64,000 nucleotides of DNA from Paraspadella gotoi (Eukaryota > Animalia > Chaetognatha): NCBI GenBank assembly GCA_051294375.1, contig CM119265.1:9930339-9994338 (forward strand), given 5' to 3'. A program made the translations under genes and the position numbers. The notes beneath the pieces are model-generated. The model made no database searches. It had not been told where the DNA came from and worked only from the letters and a program-made list of their open reading frames with translations. Below, piece after piece: positions 13,955 to 26,911 of this stretch (positions are counted from its first letter, which is position 1; each line of letters opens with the position of its first letter).

Positions 13955-16880
13955 GTGGGCTCCAAAAAAGAGCAATATATATTTTTTGGCGACGGGCAAA
14001 ATATATAGGGGAGACATAAAAGTGATTCATCAACGTCAGAAAATCCAAAAGGGTCGGAGACTCCATTAATGTTTTGCCTCTAAACAGACTTGTTAGCGAA
14101 AAACGCGTCTTGTTGTGGTTGATGGGGTGGTTGATGTTGGAAATGCGGGAGTTGATGGAGTTGTTGATATCGATGACGAGGGTGTTGATGGAGTTGTTGG
14201 TGTTAAAGTTGTTGTTGGTTTTGACGGTGTTGACTGTTGACTATCTTGAGAGTGTTTTTGTATTTGTTGAAAATTTTGAATTTTTGGGGTTTTTTGTTTT
14301 AGTTGATTTTTTTGTCACTTTTTTTTAATTAGATATTTATTTTTAACCTTAATATCTAACCTTAATCTTACCTCAACCTTTGATGTTTTTTTTTTTACTG
14401 ACGTTGTTAATTTTTGTGTTGGGTGATGTTGTTGTTTGAGTTGTACATTTGTTCGTGTCTTTAATGTTGTTGTTTGCCATCGTAAAGAAAACGGACGCCA
14501 CGTCCTGAATGCATATCACGCATATCGCCCATGACGCCATCTTTGCGAGAGCTTTTCTAGGAAATGNNNNNNNNNNATAGAGAGAGAAAAAAGATAAAGA
14601 AGGCGGAAGAAAACAAAGTTGAGAAATTGTTTTGGACTTAGAGAGTTTTTTTTTAGTCTTAACTTTTTAGCTGAGGTAAAGAATAAAGCAAATAAAAGCA
14701 TGTTCGATTGCTCGTGTATTTCTTCACGTATTTTCCAGATGAGGCTGATGTTGTAAACATTGTTACATACCTAGAACAGCACGTAAATTGGTTCTATCAT
14801 TTCCACCAATTTTTTTGTCGGTGACCACATTGTCAATATTCATTTCCCACTGGAATGCCATTGAGACTGAAAATGAGCACTCCGGAATCCCGTCGGGTTT
14901 TCCGCCGAATTTTTAAGNNNNNNNNNNNNNNNNNNNNNNNNNNNNNNNNNNNNNNNNNNNNNNNNNNNNNNNNNNNNNNNNNNNNNNNNNNNNNNNNNNN
15001 NNNNNNNNNNNNNNNNNNNNNNNNNNNNNNNNNNNNNNNNNNNNNNNNNNNNNNNNNNNNNNNNNNNNNNNNNNNNNNNNNNNNNNNNNNNNNNNNNNNN
15101 NNNNNNNNNNNNNNNNNNNNNNNNNNNNNNNNNNNNNNNNNNNNNNNNNNNNNNNNNNNNNNNNNNNNNNNNNNNNNNNNNNNNNNNNNNNNNNNNNNNN
15201 NNNNNNNNNNNNNNNNNNNNNNNNNNNNNNNNNNNAAGTAAATAAAGATGTCGCAAATAATACGTAGGAAACAAACAGAATTTTTGATTAGGGAACAAAG
15301 GGAAGAAAAAAGTGGTGCAAAATGTCAAACTCGAAATTCTCCAAAAAAAAAATTTAAAAAGTTAACTGTAACCAAAAAAGTAATAAGACAACTAAAAATA
15401 CGCAAAAACTAACCCAGCATCAGCTAAAAGACTCGTAAACCCATAAATCTTTATATTATGTATGTAAAAAAAACTCGTGTTTTTCGCCAGGGCTATACGA
15501 TTATTAATAATTCCACCAGCTAAAACAACGCGTGGTGCTGATGGCAAGAAAAACGGGGTCATAAAAAGTGTCACGGAAAAGTGTCTTCTCTTAAAAGTCC
15601 ACGTGGTTTCCGGTTTAGCGGTGGGGCGCGTGAGCTTTCAACGTGGCACTTTGGCGTGAATCGTTGGCGTGGGACTTTGGAGCGTCAAAGACGTAATGGC
15701 GTTGTATCGATCGATATAGTAATGTCTGCCATTGTCATAATATAATGCCGATGCGTCCAAGATAGCTTGTTTATTGAAAGTAATTTTTTATATTAGTTGT
15801 CAAAATATTTTATTATTTCCCAGTCCCTAATTGAGCCCCCAAAAAAATATTATATCATTTCATCGATAGGGAACCAAGCGATTTGAGAATTAATAAAATA
15901 GACTGTGAGAAAGCCGTGACAATAACCTCTGCAACTCGCTTGTCTCTTTTCTTTCCATACTAAATGGCCTTCAGTTTCCAAATTCCCTTTTTTGTTTTTT
16001 TCCCACTTGGAAGTTTTGCCCTAGTTTCTCTCAGTCCCAAAACACCACTGGGCCTTACNNNNNNNNNNNNNNNNNNNNNNNNNNNNNNNNNNNNNNNNNN
16101 NNNNNNNNNNNNNNNNNNNNNNNNNNNNNNNNNNNNNNNNNNNNNNNNNNNNNNNNNNNNNNNNNNNNNNNNNNNNNNNNNNNNNNNNNNNNNNNNNNNN
16201 NNNNNNNNNNNNNNNNNNNNNNNNNNNNNNNNNNNNNNNNNNNNNNNNNNNNNNNNNNNNNNNNNNNNNNNNNNNNNNNNNNNNNNNNNNNNNNNNNNNN
16301 NNAAAAAAAAATGGCCGCTTTTTTATGCCCGAGTTTTGACCTTTAACCCGCGATAATAATCGCTCGATAATCACGCAGAGAGTGAACGCGTGAAAATTAG
16401 GGAGGCTTCTCGTGAAAAGGATGACATTGACAAAGGACGAAATCGTCGAGACGACGACGTCAGAGATGACATAGACGAAATTAAGAAAAAGTCGAGAGAA
16501 GAATTTGAAACATTTCCTTTTACCGGCAACGAATTGTAATCATAACGATTAATAAGAAGACTTAACACAGAATTAGTCTTGACAACGACGACGATGATAA
16601 AATAACAACAAACAAAAAATGAAGCCGACGTCAACGACAAAAACTTAAGAAATAAAAAAACAAATTTATCGAGTTTTATTTGTGTCTCCGATTGGCAGCC
16701 GGTATCGTACCGCCATTGGACCGGCATAGCGTCGGCATCGCTCCGGAATTACGTCGGCATCGCGTCTGCGTCGTCAAGGCGCCGGTCGAGTCGTTAAAAA
16801 CTCCTCCGAGTCGATTAATATCTTTGGCGTCGCCATTAAAACTAAGAACACGCGACGCCGGTTTCTACGAGGCGACATAA

Positions 16881-17123
16881 TTCCATTTCTCCATCTCTCC
16901 ATCATCCTTCTATTCCATTGCAATTCCATCTCTCCATCATCCTTCTATTTCATTGCAATTCCATCTCTCCATCATCTTTCTATTCCCTTGCAATTCCATC
17001 TCTCCATCATCCTTCTCTTTCATTGCAATTCCATCTCTCCATCATCTTCCATTGCAATTCCATCTCTCCATCATCCTTCTATTCCATTGCAATTCCATCT
17101 CTCCATCATTCTATTATCTATTC
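16881..17123. repeat. ~35-bp tandem repeat (TTCCATTGCAATTCCATCTCTCCATCATCCTTCTA), about 7 copies
   Basis: Units directly visible; they explain the repetitive ORFs at 16918-17154. Confidence 0.92.
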
Positions 17124-17439
17124 CAGATTCTTTTGGTGCAGTAGTATTGTATAATGTATATCGTTTGGTTTGGTTTGTTTCACTTTGTTGTCCACTATTC
17201 ACTTGGCCTCTCACTTATTATTCTATCGGAAATATCATTTCTCGCTCAATCAGTCAATGGCTAGTCGGTCTCCCAATGCTCAGTCCCGAAAAGTTAGTCA
17301 GAACAGCAAAAAATCCATATCAATTCCTCACCCTCAATTCCTCACCCCATTCCCAAATAGTTCATTGTTTTGTCGCAGTTCCCCCTCTTTCTCCCAATCA
17401 CGCGAAGCTCCCTCGCTCATCCCTCTCACCCCCCCCCTG

Positions 17440-17600
17440 CTCCCTCGGCGAATCATGTGGGCGTGGCCGGCGCAGGACGCGTTACGCGGGAGGAGCGGAG
17501 CATAAATCGCGCGCTCGCGGAGCGTTTTTTCCGAAGTGGCGCTCGGGTCAACGTCTCTGGTCGAGGGACGGTTTGGCGGACGTGTCTATTCCAACGGGGT
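17440..17600 (+). promoter_or_regulatory. CpG/GC-rich promoter-like island
   Basis: Abrupt GC-rich patch with a GGGCGTGGC box and CATAAA at ~17501. A possible ATG lies at 17692 (MALTERTRKEGVY). No downstream exons identified. Confidence 0.35.
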
Positions 17601-17744
17601 CTCTGGAAATGTGTGTGGATTTTTATACGGAGTTTTTTAATTGTCTCCAAGTTTTATTTTTCATACTGATTTTATAAATTCATGATTATACATGGCGTTG
17701 ACAGAAAGAACGAGGAAAGAAGGAGTCTACGTAGACTGACAGAC

Positions 17745-17778
17745 AGACAGATAGATAGATAGATATATATAGATACAT

Positions 17779-17870
<92 letters not shown>
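17745..17870. repeat. (AGAT)n microsatellite
   Basis: Directly visible. Confidence 0.95.
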
Positions 17871-19558
17871 TGATTTAAATATCCTCTAGAAATGTAATTC
17901 AAAATTTTTCCAAAAACGTCCCGATGAGTCGCCAGGCCCAAAATCATGGTTACTCTTTTGACTGGACATCACATTATCCAACCGATTCATATTCAAAGGC
18001 CCAAGAGCGACGGACGAAGTCTCAAACGGGATTAGGGTCCATCAATCGAAAAAAGGCAGAGATGAGAATTCATTCTTTCCCTCCATTCGTATTTGTTTCA
18101 TAAGTTTTTTTGCCATGAAGCTCTCCTCTCTCTCTCTCTCTCTTCTCTCTTCTCTCTCCTCTCTCTCGTCTCTCTCTCTCCTCTCTCTCTCTCACTCTCT
18201 CTCTCTCTTTTCCCCCCCTCTCTCTCAGTATCTAGATTTTTTTTCTTCACTTAGCAATCTTTATATTCAAGAATGGAAGCGATTCCCCATTTATCAATTG
18301 TCAGAACGAAGCGTCGCCAGGGACAACGTAAAAACGTTGAAATGGCATCCTTTGGCAACTTCTTGCCGAAGCCGAGTTCGATGGGGAGAGAGAGAGAGAA
18401 AGAAAGAGAGAAAGAGAGAGAGAGAGAGAAAAAAATCGCTGTTGGGGACTTGGCTCTGTTTTCCAAATGCTCCCAATATTATTTTTTAATTCCTGAACTT
18501 AACTTGCACTTTACGTAAATATTAACTCTAATTTGTTCCCACAACATAATCCCATACCGGGATCCCTAAACCTTAACTAATCCTTAACCCTAAACTCTAT
18601 TCCCTAAACTTTAAATTTAATCCCAAACCCAATTCCATAACCCAAACCCTTCCAAAAGCTTAAAACTAACCTAATTTTGAAATTTAACTGAATTGGGGCA
18701 CTTTTAAAAAATCTTTCCGATCGGTGTTGGGGATTTTTTTCTCCGTTGAGGCAACAGAATTGAAACAGAAGGAAGAGAGATGAGGCAATAGTTTAAAGGG
18801 AGAGTGTTGAAGGGAAGTCGGTTTAATACGATTATTTACTTTGTTAATATAAGCAATTAATTTGTTTTAATAAATCCTGTACTTACTGACTTCCTAGCTA
18901 TTTTACCAACCCTCGAGAAAGAGTAAGGCAAACTATGACTATGGGTCATGAGCGAAAAGAGTAGGCGTGGCTTCAGTCTCGACGGACGAAGCTGGTTGAG
19001 GTGAACGCGATGCTGAAACAATGAAAAACAGGCGCCTGAAAAAATAAAAAAGATTTAAAAAAAAAAAATAGGGATGAAAATAAAGAGGCAATTTCTATTC
19101 CGTTATTTTATTTATGGTATAAAAACCGGGTTTGGATTTGAAGGCAACGAGGAGGAAAGAGTTTTTTTCTTTTTTCTTTTTTTGTAGTTAAAAAATTCGA
19201 TTTTTTAAAAATGGATGAAAAACGGAAAGTAAAAAAAATTGAAATCGAGGTGAAAGTTGTTTTTTTTTCTGTGATACTCGTTCCGTTGGTTCAACCGACA
19301 ATGTTTTCAATCAAAAAGTAAATGTATCCAACTATGTATACTACATATTACTTTTTTTTACCACTCGTTTTTTATCTTTTTGGCACGACTCTTTCTCTCT
19401 CTCTCTCTTTCTCTTTTTCACTCTCTTTCTCTCTGTCTTTCTCGTCTGAGCTCCTTCCTTTCTCCTTGAAACTTTTTTTCCCAGTCTTCCTTCAAATGCT
19501 CGCCTTCTGTTCCTCTAATTCTTTTCCAACTTCATTCTGAACTCTCTCCTTCTCTTCT

Positions 19559-19614
<56 letters not shown>

Positions 19615-20222
19615 TCTCTCCTCTCTCTCTTTCTCTCTCTCTCCCTTCCTCCTTCCCTCCCACTTCTTTTTTTCCAAATCCTACAGTTAAATCAAAATCT
19701 GTTTCTATATTTCTTCGCCGCCATTCCTCTCCCTTATCAGATTCCTTTATTACTCCTTTCCTTATTAATTTCTATTTTCCCTATCGCCCTCCTTCTTTAT
19801 TTTATTTTTAAACTTCGCCTCTATATTTTTTTATTTTCTTCCCGCCCATAATTCCATATTTATATTTTCCACCTTTTCCACTTTTCCACTTTTCCACCCT
19901 TCCACTTTTTACTTAATAACGTTTCCTCTTTTTTCCTTCATTTTTTCTACTTTTCTAGATCTGTTTTTTTATATCCTATCCCTATCTTCGATTGCATTAA
20001 ATTTCCCCACCCCGTTACTCTTTTCTTTCCTCTCTCACTCTAACTTACCCTCCCCCCTTTCCCCACCACCCCCTCCACTGCCTCCCGCATCTGCGGCTTT
20101 TCTTGTCTTAGAGCAGAGCTTTAAGGGTGATAATCAATCACTTACCTTGGAACCAACCAAAGCTTACCTCCGCAGAAAAACGCAGCAGAGGGAGATTGCG
20201 AAGTAAAGCTTGCCAGCTTTCG

Positions 20223-20308
<86 letters not shown>

Positions 20309-20424
20309 TCTCTCTCTTTCTCTCTCTCCTCGCTTCTCACTACCGAAAAGTCAGCTGAGCGAACTGACCCAAGATAATCAAATTTCTTTCTTTTCTCCTT
20401 TTTTTATATGTATTTTTTTCTTCT

Positions 20425-21010
20425 TTTTTAGTCGGATCTGCTTATCAGCAGATCCCGGCTCTATAATTCACTTTGTCGGTCCGTCGGTCCGCCCCTTAAT
20501 CTTGTCGGGCACTCACTTATATCATGTTAGAACATCGAATTATGATGAATTATGCAAAAAAAATGATGTCCGTCTATCCGTCTGTCCGTCTATCCGTCTG
20601 TCCGTCTGTCCGTCTGTCCGTCTGTCCGTCTGTCCGTCTGTCCGTCTGTCCGTCCATCCGTCCGTCCCACCTTAGCAAAAAACACCAATTACTCGTGATT
20701 GGATTGATAGATTGTATTGAAATTTTGTGTGTTGGTAGGGAAGTGTGTGATTGAGCTGGATATGAATTTTCGATGGAATCGTCCGAGTGGAAATGAGTTT
20801 AAATGAAAAAAAATATATTTCACTTTTTAAACACCAATTGCTCATGAGTGGATGGGGCGATTGACCTGAAATTTTGTATGTGGATAGGAAAGTGTGTGAT
20901 CAAGCTGGAAATCAAGTTTCGATGGAATCGTTTGAGTGGAAATGAGTTTAAATGAAATAAATTAATAAATTAAATTAATAACTAAGTGATTATGCTTTTT
21001 TCTTTTTATA
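20425..21010 (+). mobile_element. DINE-1/HINE-like (Helentron-associated) non-autonomous element
   Basis: T-run start, subterminal hairpin GGATCTGC-TTATCA-GCAGATCC, (CGTCTGTC)n tract at 20570-20665, then two tandem TGAAATTTTG...GATGGAATCG blocks. A homologous fragment lies at ~58878-58965. Family assigned from architecture only. Confidence 0.6.
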
Positions 21011-22830
21011 TTAAATGTAAATGCAAGATGTATTAATTAATCAAATAATTAATCAGTTAATTAATCAATTAGTCAATTAATTAATCAATAATTATTCAGT
21101 CAATCAATCAAGTCAATTGTTAATAGTATTATTCTCATCGTCATCTTTCTATATAATAATTACTTTCCACTCTTTCTCCCTCTCTTTTTTCACCCATTCT
21201 CTCTCTTCTCTTATCTTTTTCTCTTTCTCACTCGATTTTTTGCATTAAAAATTGTTAATTCTTTTTCAAAAAGGGCTTAAATTATTTTAATGTTTAATTT
21301 TTGGCCTTTAGTAGGGATTGCTGACGCTTCCCCTTTCAATAAAAGATTGCGGTCAACCTTAGTATGTTTATCATCTATTAAAACTACAAAATAAGTCAAA
21401 AACCGAGTTTTAGTTCAAATAAAACGCACCTCACAAATCCTCACAAATTAAAAGTAGGCTTAAAAATTGTTTTGCAGCAAAAGTATTACATTTTTTGCCC
21501 TAATTTTTTAGGTACCAGAAGCACCGTTGATAGGGTATATTTGATTAGAATTGTGGACATTTTGAAGTATTTTCGTTTAACAAATTGTAATAAAATGTAA
21601 AAATGTAAGTTTTTGACCAGTCAATTTAAAAATTAATTAATAGGCAAACCATAGATGACTAATGGCAAATGAACCGACTCAGAAGAAGATAAGAAGGACC
21701 CGGAAGCCGGAGTAAAAAAAATTTTCCTTCAACAGATGCTTGGCGTTCAAATCTCAAGACAAAAGTCAAAATAGACAAAAATGGACATAATTTTTTTGAA
21801 TTAAAAGTAAAAAATATATTGATCTTTGATTAGAATATTCAGCAGATCATTTCAATTAATCCGTTAGTCCAGCCACTTTGTCTGAGGGTTCAAATTTATC
21901 AATTTTGTTGGTAATATTTCAGCAATATTGCAAAAAGTGTTTTTTTGTGTGAATTCCTCGATCAAAATCCTGCCAACAGCGAGAAAGAGAAAAAGTAACT
22001 ACGAAGGATTAAGGGGAAGTCATTGGTGAGCGCACGGTGCTTTAAAAGTAAGTCTACAATATGGCGGAAAGAAGGTAAGGCGGTCTTCCTGTCGTTATTG
22101 TTATTGTTGTTATTGTGTGTTCTGTTTCGCAGACAATCCCTTTCTCTCACTGACTTTCGACAGTTCTTTGATTGACTTTATGAAGTCTCCAAATTCCATC
22201 TCGAGATTCTCCTTTCTCCGCATCTGCTCCTCTTTCAAGATGACATTTCATGCTTGACCATTTTCTTCAAAACCGGGTCCGCTAGAAAATGTAATTTTCT
22301 TTGAAATAATCTCAGTTACGTCTCTTGCGTTGAGAACGTTGCGGCGCGATAGTTTCCTTGGCGCGGATATGGAATTTTTCCTTTGCAGGATGAAGATGCG
22401 TACGCCCCGGCGTGGTCCTTGTCTGACTTTGAACCTTTAACAAGTCCTCAAGCATTTGTTGCGCCGTGAAGTTTTTTTCTACCGAATTCGATCGTTAATG
22501 CGGTTTTCACCTTCTCAAGTGCCTCCGAAAAATTTCCTGATGCCTCGTGCTGTGAAACAATTGAAACAATTGAACAAAAATAATATTGTTTTGATTTATT
22601 TGCAAGTATCAAAATGTTATTAGGCCGTAGTAACAGTTCAGTTTAAGCCCTTGAAAGTGATTTACATGTATTGGCTGCAGTCACTGGTTTCAAACTTGTT
22701 TCCGATTGCGTGTATGAATTCATGAAAAATTGACGGTTGAGTCTTGACTCGACTCGGGACGCTTGACCCCCAATATCTGTACAGCTCTCTCCCTTCTCTT
22801 TCCCCTTCGCAGGCCCTCTCTCTCTCTTCT

Positions 22831-22879
<49 letters not shown>

Positions 22880-22978
22880 GTCTCTCTCTCTCTCTCTCCT
22901 CTCTTCTCTTTTTTCCTTGTCTTTTTCAGTCACATTACAACGAACTCGTTCAGCCTTTAGTCACTGTCATCCCTCGGC

Positions 22979-22986
22979 TATAAAAA
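22979..22986 (+). promoter_or_regulatory. TATA box of the orphan gene
   Basis: TATAAAAA lies ~80 nt upstream of the strong donor TTG|GTAAGT (23066/23067), which pairs with the acceptor TTTACAG (23740) just before the ATG at 23746. Confidence 0.55.
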
Positions 22987-23131
22987 GCCCAGTTTCTTAA
23001 ATCTTAAAAAATTAAAAATAAGAAATTTTTCATTACCAAATTTGTCTACCTTTTTCATATTTGTTGGTAAGTACAAAATTAGGTGCCTTTTTTGTTTTGT
23101 TTTGTTTTGACTTTGTTTACAAAGATGTTAT

Positions 23132-23268
23132 CGTTAAAATTTTACTTTCGCCGACCGGGGTTTTAGGGTCTTTTTGAGAAATTACTTAAAAATATTTATT
23201 TTTTTTAAAAAAATTAAAAAATACACCCTCTTAACCCTAACCCCGGTCGGCGAAAATAAAATTATGCC
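23132..23268. mobile_element. Small foldback MITE (family B), copy 1
   Basis: Inverted arms AATTTTACTTTCGCCGACCGGGGTT / AACCCCGGTCGGCGAAAATAAAATT; the same arms occur at 62301-62489. Confidence 0.75.
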
Positions 23269-23400
23269 GATTATGCCCATTGCTGCATCTTGTATCTGCT
23301 ACGCAACGAAAGAAAGAATCAGAACAAATGGCTCATATTAGTTATTACAACTGCTTTTGTTTCACTCCAGTTTCACGTCCGAGTATTATAAAATTAACTT

Positions 23401-23591
23401 TGTTTGCAAAGTAAAAGAGATTTTATTGTGGTACAACGATTATTATTTTAAATCGGACATGTTTCAGCGCAAAAGTTTTGTCATTTTGAAAAAAACTTTT
23501 GCGCTGATGAAGATTCGCATTAAGAACCGAAACATGTCCGATTTAAAATACTAATCGTTATCACAATAAAATATCTTTTACTTTGCAAACA
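23401..23591. repeat. ~190-bp imperfect palindrome enclosing a hammerhead motif
   Basis: 23401-23465 is the reverse complement of 23529-23591. An inner stem TCAGCGCAAAAGTTTT/AAAACTTTTGCGCTGA is also present. Confidence 0.9.
23501..23541 (+). ncRNA. Minimal type I hammerhead ribozyme motif of the Penelope-like element kind (possibly degenerate)
   Basis: CTGATGA (23504-23510), extra A, stem II GATTC/GAACC with one mismatch, GAAA (23529-23532), palindromic loop CATG, then TC, with predicted cleavage after 23538. Stem I has only 2 bp, so activity is doubtful. Confidence 0.55.
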
Positions 23592-23745
23592 TATTTCAAA
23601 ACGCAACGAAACGAAAGTAAATATATATGGAAAATTTACTTTTTATATTGTAATATTAAAGCGCGAGTTAAAAATATATTTTTTCTTAATTTCAAATAGA
23701 GGTCATCTTTGTTAATCCATTAAGTCAGTAAAATTTACAGGCGAA

Positions 23746-24871
23746 ATGTCTAAACGTCGATCTGTACTCTTTTTGGAGAACCTCGCTCTAGTTTCAAGAC
23801 GGCGTCTTCGTGAGACGGAGGAAGAGAAGGAAGAAATTCGCGACGAAGCCCTCACTGACACAGAGGTAAGTCATTCAGTTTTGTTAAGTTTAAAAACAAG
23901 TGACTGACTGACTGACTGGCGTGCAGAGGCGTTTTTACACTTGTAACCTAATCCTAAACCCTAACACTAGTCATTAACTTCAATCACTAACATAATACTT
24001 CTCCTTAATCACTGACATAATCCCTAACTTAATCCCCAACCCTCGAAAGATTAATCTAAATTAGATTAATCTAATTATAATTAATCTAGTGAAGAGACAG
24101 TAATTATTGATAAGTGTAAATGACAGAACCGTTCAATATAAGCTGTCCCTGAGATACGGATCAGGCTGTAACACCGTGTTACAGCGGGTTAAGCGCCCCG
24201 TCCCTCTAAACTGCTAGGCGGCCACCGGGCTAGAACCCCGGACCTTTGGGTTGGGAGGCGAATGACTTGCCTCCGGCACCAATGGCCACTGATGAACGGT
24301 TGGTGGATTTTAGTCCACCATACTAGATTAATTTAATTCTAATTCCGAAGTGAGACGTTCTGGGAAAGAAAGCTTTTTTCATTCGAATGATTTTCTTTTT
24401 TCAAACTTCACTTTATTCCCGAGTTCTGTTCCGATATTCCGACGAGAGCCAAATATGACCCCCCCACCCCTTTAATAATGACCCCCACCTTTCAATCAGG
24501 TCCTGGACAAGACGCCGACGTCGCCGACTTTTCTCGCCTCCAACTCCTTCCTTCTTTCAACACCCCCAGAAAATCCCCCTACGGCTGGAGCCGATTCGGG
24601 AGCAGGAGCGAAGGAGGAAGCGGGAAGTGGAGCGGAAGATGTAGTGGGATTTGGCGTTATCCCGTCAAAAGTGGCTAAAATGGTCTGGCGGGCCTTATGC
24701 ATGGTTATCGATGAGGTTGCGGAGGCATCGGGACCGGAGTACGTTGCGACTATAAAAGCGATGGAGAAGAGAGAAGGAGTCGAGAGAATGGTTGAGGCAG
24801 CCAGGGTGTTGGTGAACGAGGCAGAAGATTTCAGGGCGAAAATTAAGTACGATTACTCACTTAATAAGTAA
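23746..24871 (+). CDS. Hypothetical (orphan) 163-aa protein, 2 coding exons plus an upstream non-coding exon
   Basis: Exon 23746-23865 (MSKRRSVLFLENLALVSRRRLRETEEEKEEIRDEALTDTE, donor GAG|GTAAGT) joins in phase 0 to 24500-24871 (acceptor TTTCAATCAG; VLDKTPTSP...KIKYDYSLNK*). No internal stop. AATAAA at 24973-24978. No domain recognised. Confidence 0.68.
24048..24287 (-). mobile_element. tRNA-derived SINE in intron 2 of the orphan gene
   Basis: The minus-strand head GGCCATTGGTGCCGGAGG...GCCTCCCAA...CCGGGGTTCTAGCCCGGTGGCCG has A/B-box-like motifs and a T-arm (tRNA-Gly-like). It is followed by a unique body and a GATTAAT-rich tail. Confidence 0.65.
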
Positions 24872-26911
24872 GCTGCTCTATTTCATCGTCCTTCGTAATA
24901 TCAGCTTTGATTTCCTATTTTACCTTTCATTCGCCAAACGTTGAATTCTGCATTTTTAATTATTTTGTTTTTAATAAAATTCATATTTACTAATTTTCTT
25001 TTAATTCATCAGTGAAAATTGTAATAAAAAATGAGGTGGATAATTTTTTATTAGTAGTTTATATATTTTATAGTTTCATAGAATAACTGATAATTTAACT
25101 AATAAGCAATAGCTTTTTCCTAAAGAAAACCAATTAACAATGAGACTAAACTTTAGCTAAAGCAAGAGCAAAAGCAGACAGTATTATACTAGGCTTATCT
25201 AATTGAATTGGCTAAGGCAAAAGCAGAGGGAATTGTAATGAGCTTCTCTAATTTAAGTAGCTTTAGCAAAAGCAAGAGCAGTTATAATTTTAATGACCCT
25301 AAACTTGTAGGTTAGCACTGGCAAAAGCCAAAGAATAGCAAAAGCATTAGTAAAAACCAACAAGATAGTTGATTTAGCCCTCCAAAATGCAAGAGCTTGT
25401 CCCAAGGGATGATCATGTGACCCAGAAGGTGTCTATATAAGGAGGAGCACTGAAGACTTCTGGGAGAGTCTGCTGAGACCCTCTGGTGTGTAAGGTGAAA
25501 CTCTGTCCGGCTGGAAAAGGTTCTTAAAAAACGTTCAAGTCCAGGAGAGACTAAAAACGTCTAAGTCCCAAATTATAATAGTCTCTAAAGACTAAGGTGG
25601 TTAAGTCCCATAGGACTTAAGGGTTAAAATAATTTCCGGGTTTAAAGTCTAGTAAGACTTGAAGGCTTAATAACTCCAGACTTGGGGTGCCAAAGAGGGT
25701 CTCAATTTAAAGTGGATTACAGACTCACAACATTTTGTGGATTCATCTACAACTTTTCCAAGTGGATTTTCTATTTTGCGCTTTTTTACTGCTTCATATT
25801 TTGACATACATTGATTATTTTGTGTAAATAAGTGATACTGAGTAATAAGTAGATACTGCAATTACCCTTGTTCTAATATTTCTTGTTCTCATTTCAGATT
25901 TAATAATAATTAAATACGTGGAACTGGGATAAGGATTCCTGTCAGGACGAGTGTGGACACGCCATTTACCACACTCTGTAATCGTCGGAAACCCCGCTCT
26001 TTTACGGAATTAAAATTACATCACCAACGCCGGCGACCAGGACTCAGCCCACCCCCATATTTTTATTACAAAAATCATTCCAGCTAAGTTAACAACGTTA
26101 GTAAGAGGCATGGTTATACTTTCACAGTATCAGGGGGTCAGTCCATCTGTAACAAGGGTCAATACTCCCATCGAGGGTCTCTCTCTCTCTCTCTAAAGGA
26201 AACTAAAAGTAATCTGTCCGAGATCTGTGTGTCTCTCTTTCTGTCTCTCTCTCTCTCTCTCTCGCCTTTTAAATCAATTAATTTAGACGTTGTTGTTAAG
26301 TAACAACGTAAGACAAAAATTTTAAAAAATTAATATAAAATAAAAAACAATCGGGCTAGAACCCAGCATAAATAGTTAGGAACGTTTTTTAATACTGTTC
26401 ATAGCCTCAGCTAAAAAAAGGGTTCCTAATTTCAGAACTCCGGTGTCGATAACGTAAAGAGGATTTAATCTCCAAGCGTAGTTACTCCTCCTCCTCCCAT
26501 ATAGAGCTAAACCCTCCTCTTACTACTCCTAATTATGAATTCATTACGGAAAAAGACTAACAAATTCATCTTCAGCAACATATAGATATGAGATAAATTC
26601 ATACGGGGAATCAATGCATAAATTCATTGTAAACTGATGAAAATAAAACGAAATATAAAGAAACAACTTGGCAATGGTTAACAATGGTTAGCAATGGTCA
26701 ATAATGTTTAGGATTGGAGATGAAAAGACTGACGGATGACAGACGGACGCAAATCAGGTGAAAGACATTGAAAAGTGACCATCTGCAGAAAGATAAACTG
26801 ATGGAAGACATTTTCTTATTAAATTTGCGACAAATTATTAACATCAAGAATTCCGGAATAAACGAATTATTTCGTACAAAATAAATTGAGAAATGGCGCT
26901 GGAAGGAGACT

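Noticed and set aside
16881-17123. 35-bp repeats (also the 37-bp and 18-bp arrays) as a CRISPR array
   Set aside because: Head-to-tail units with no unique spacers, no cas genes, and a eukaryotic context.
24219-24287. Functional tRNA-Gly gene
   Set aside because: Imperfect cloverleaf and B-box, continuing into a SINE-like body.
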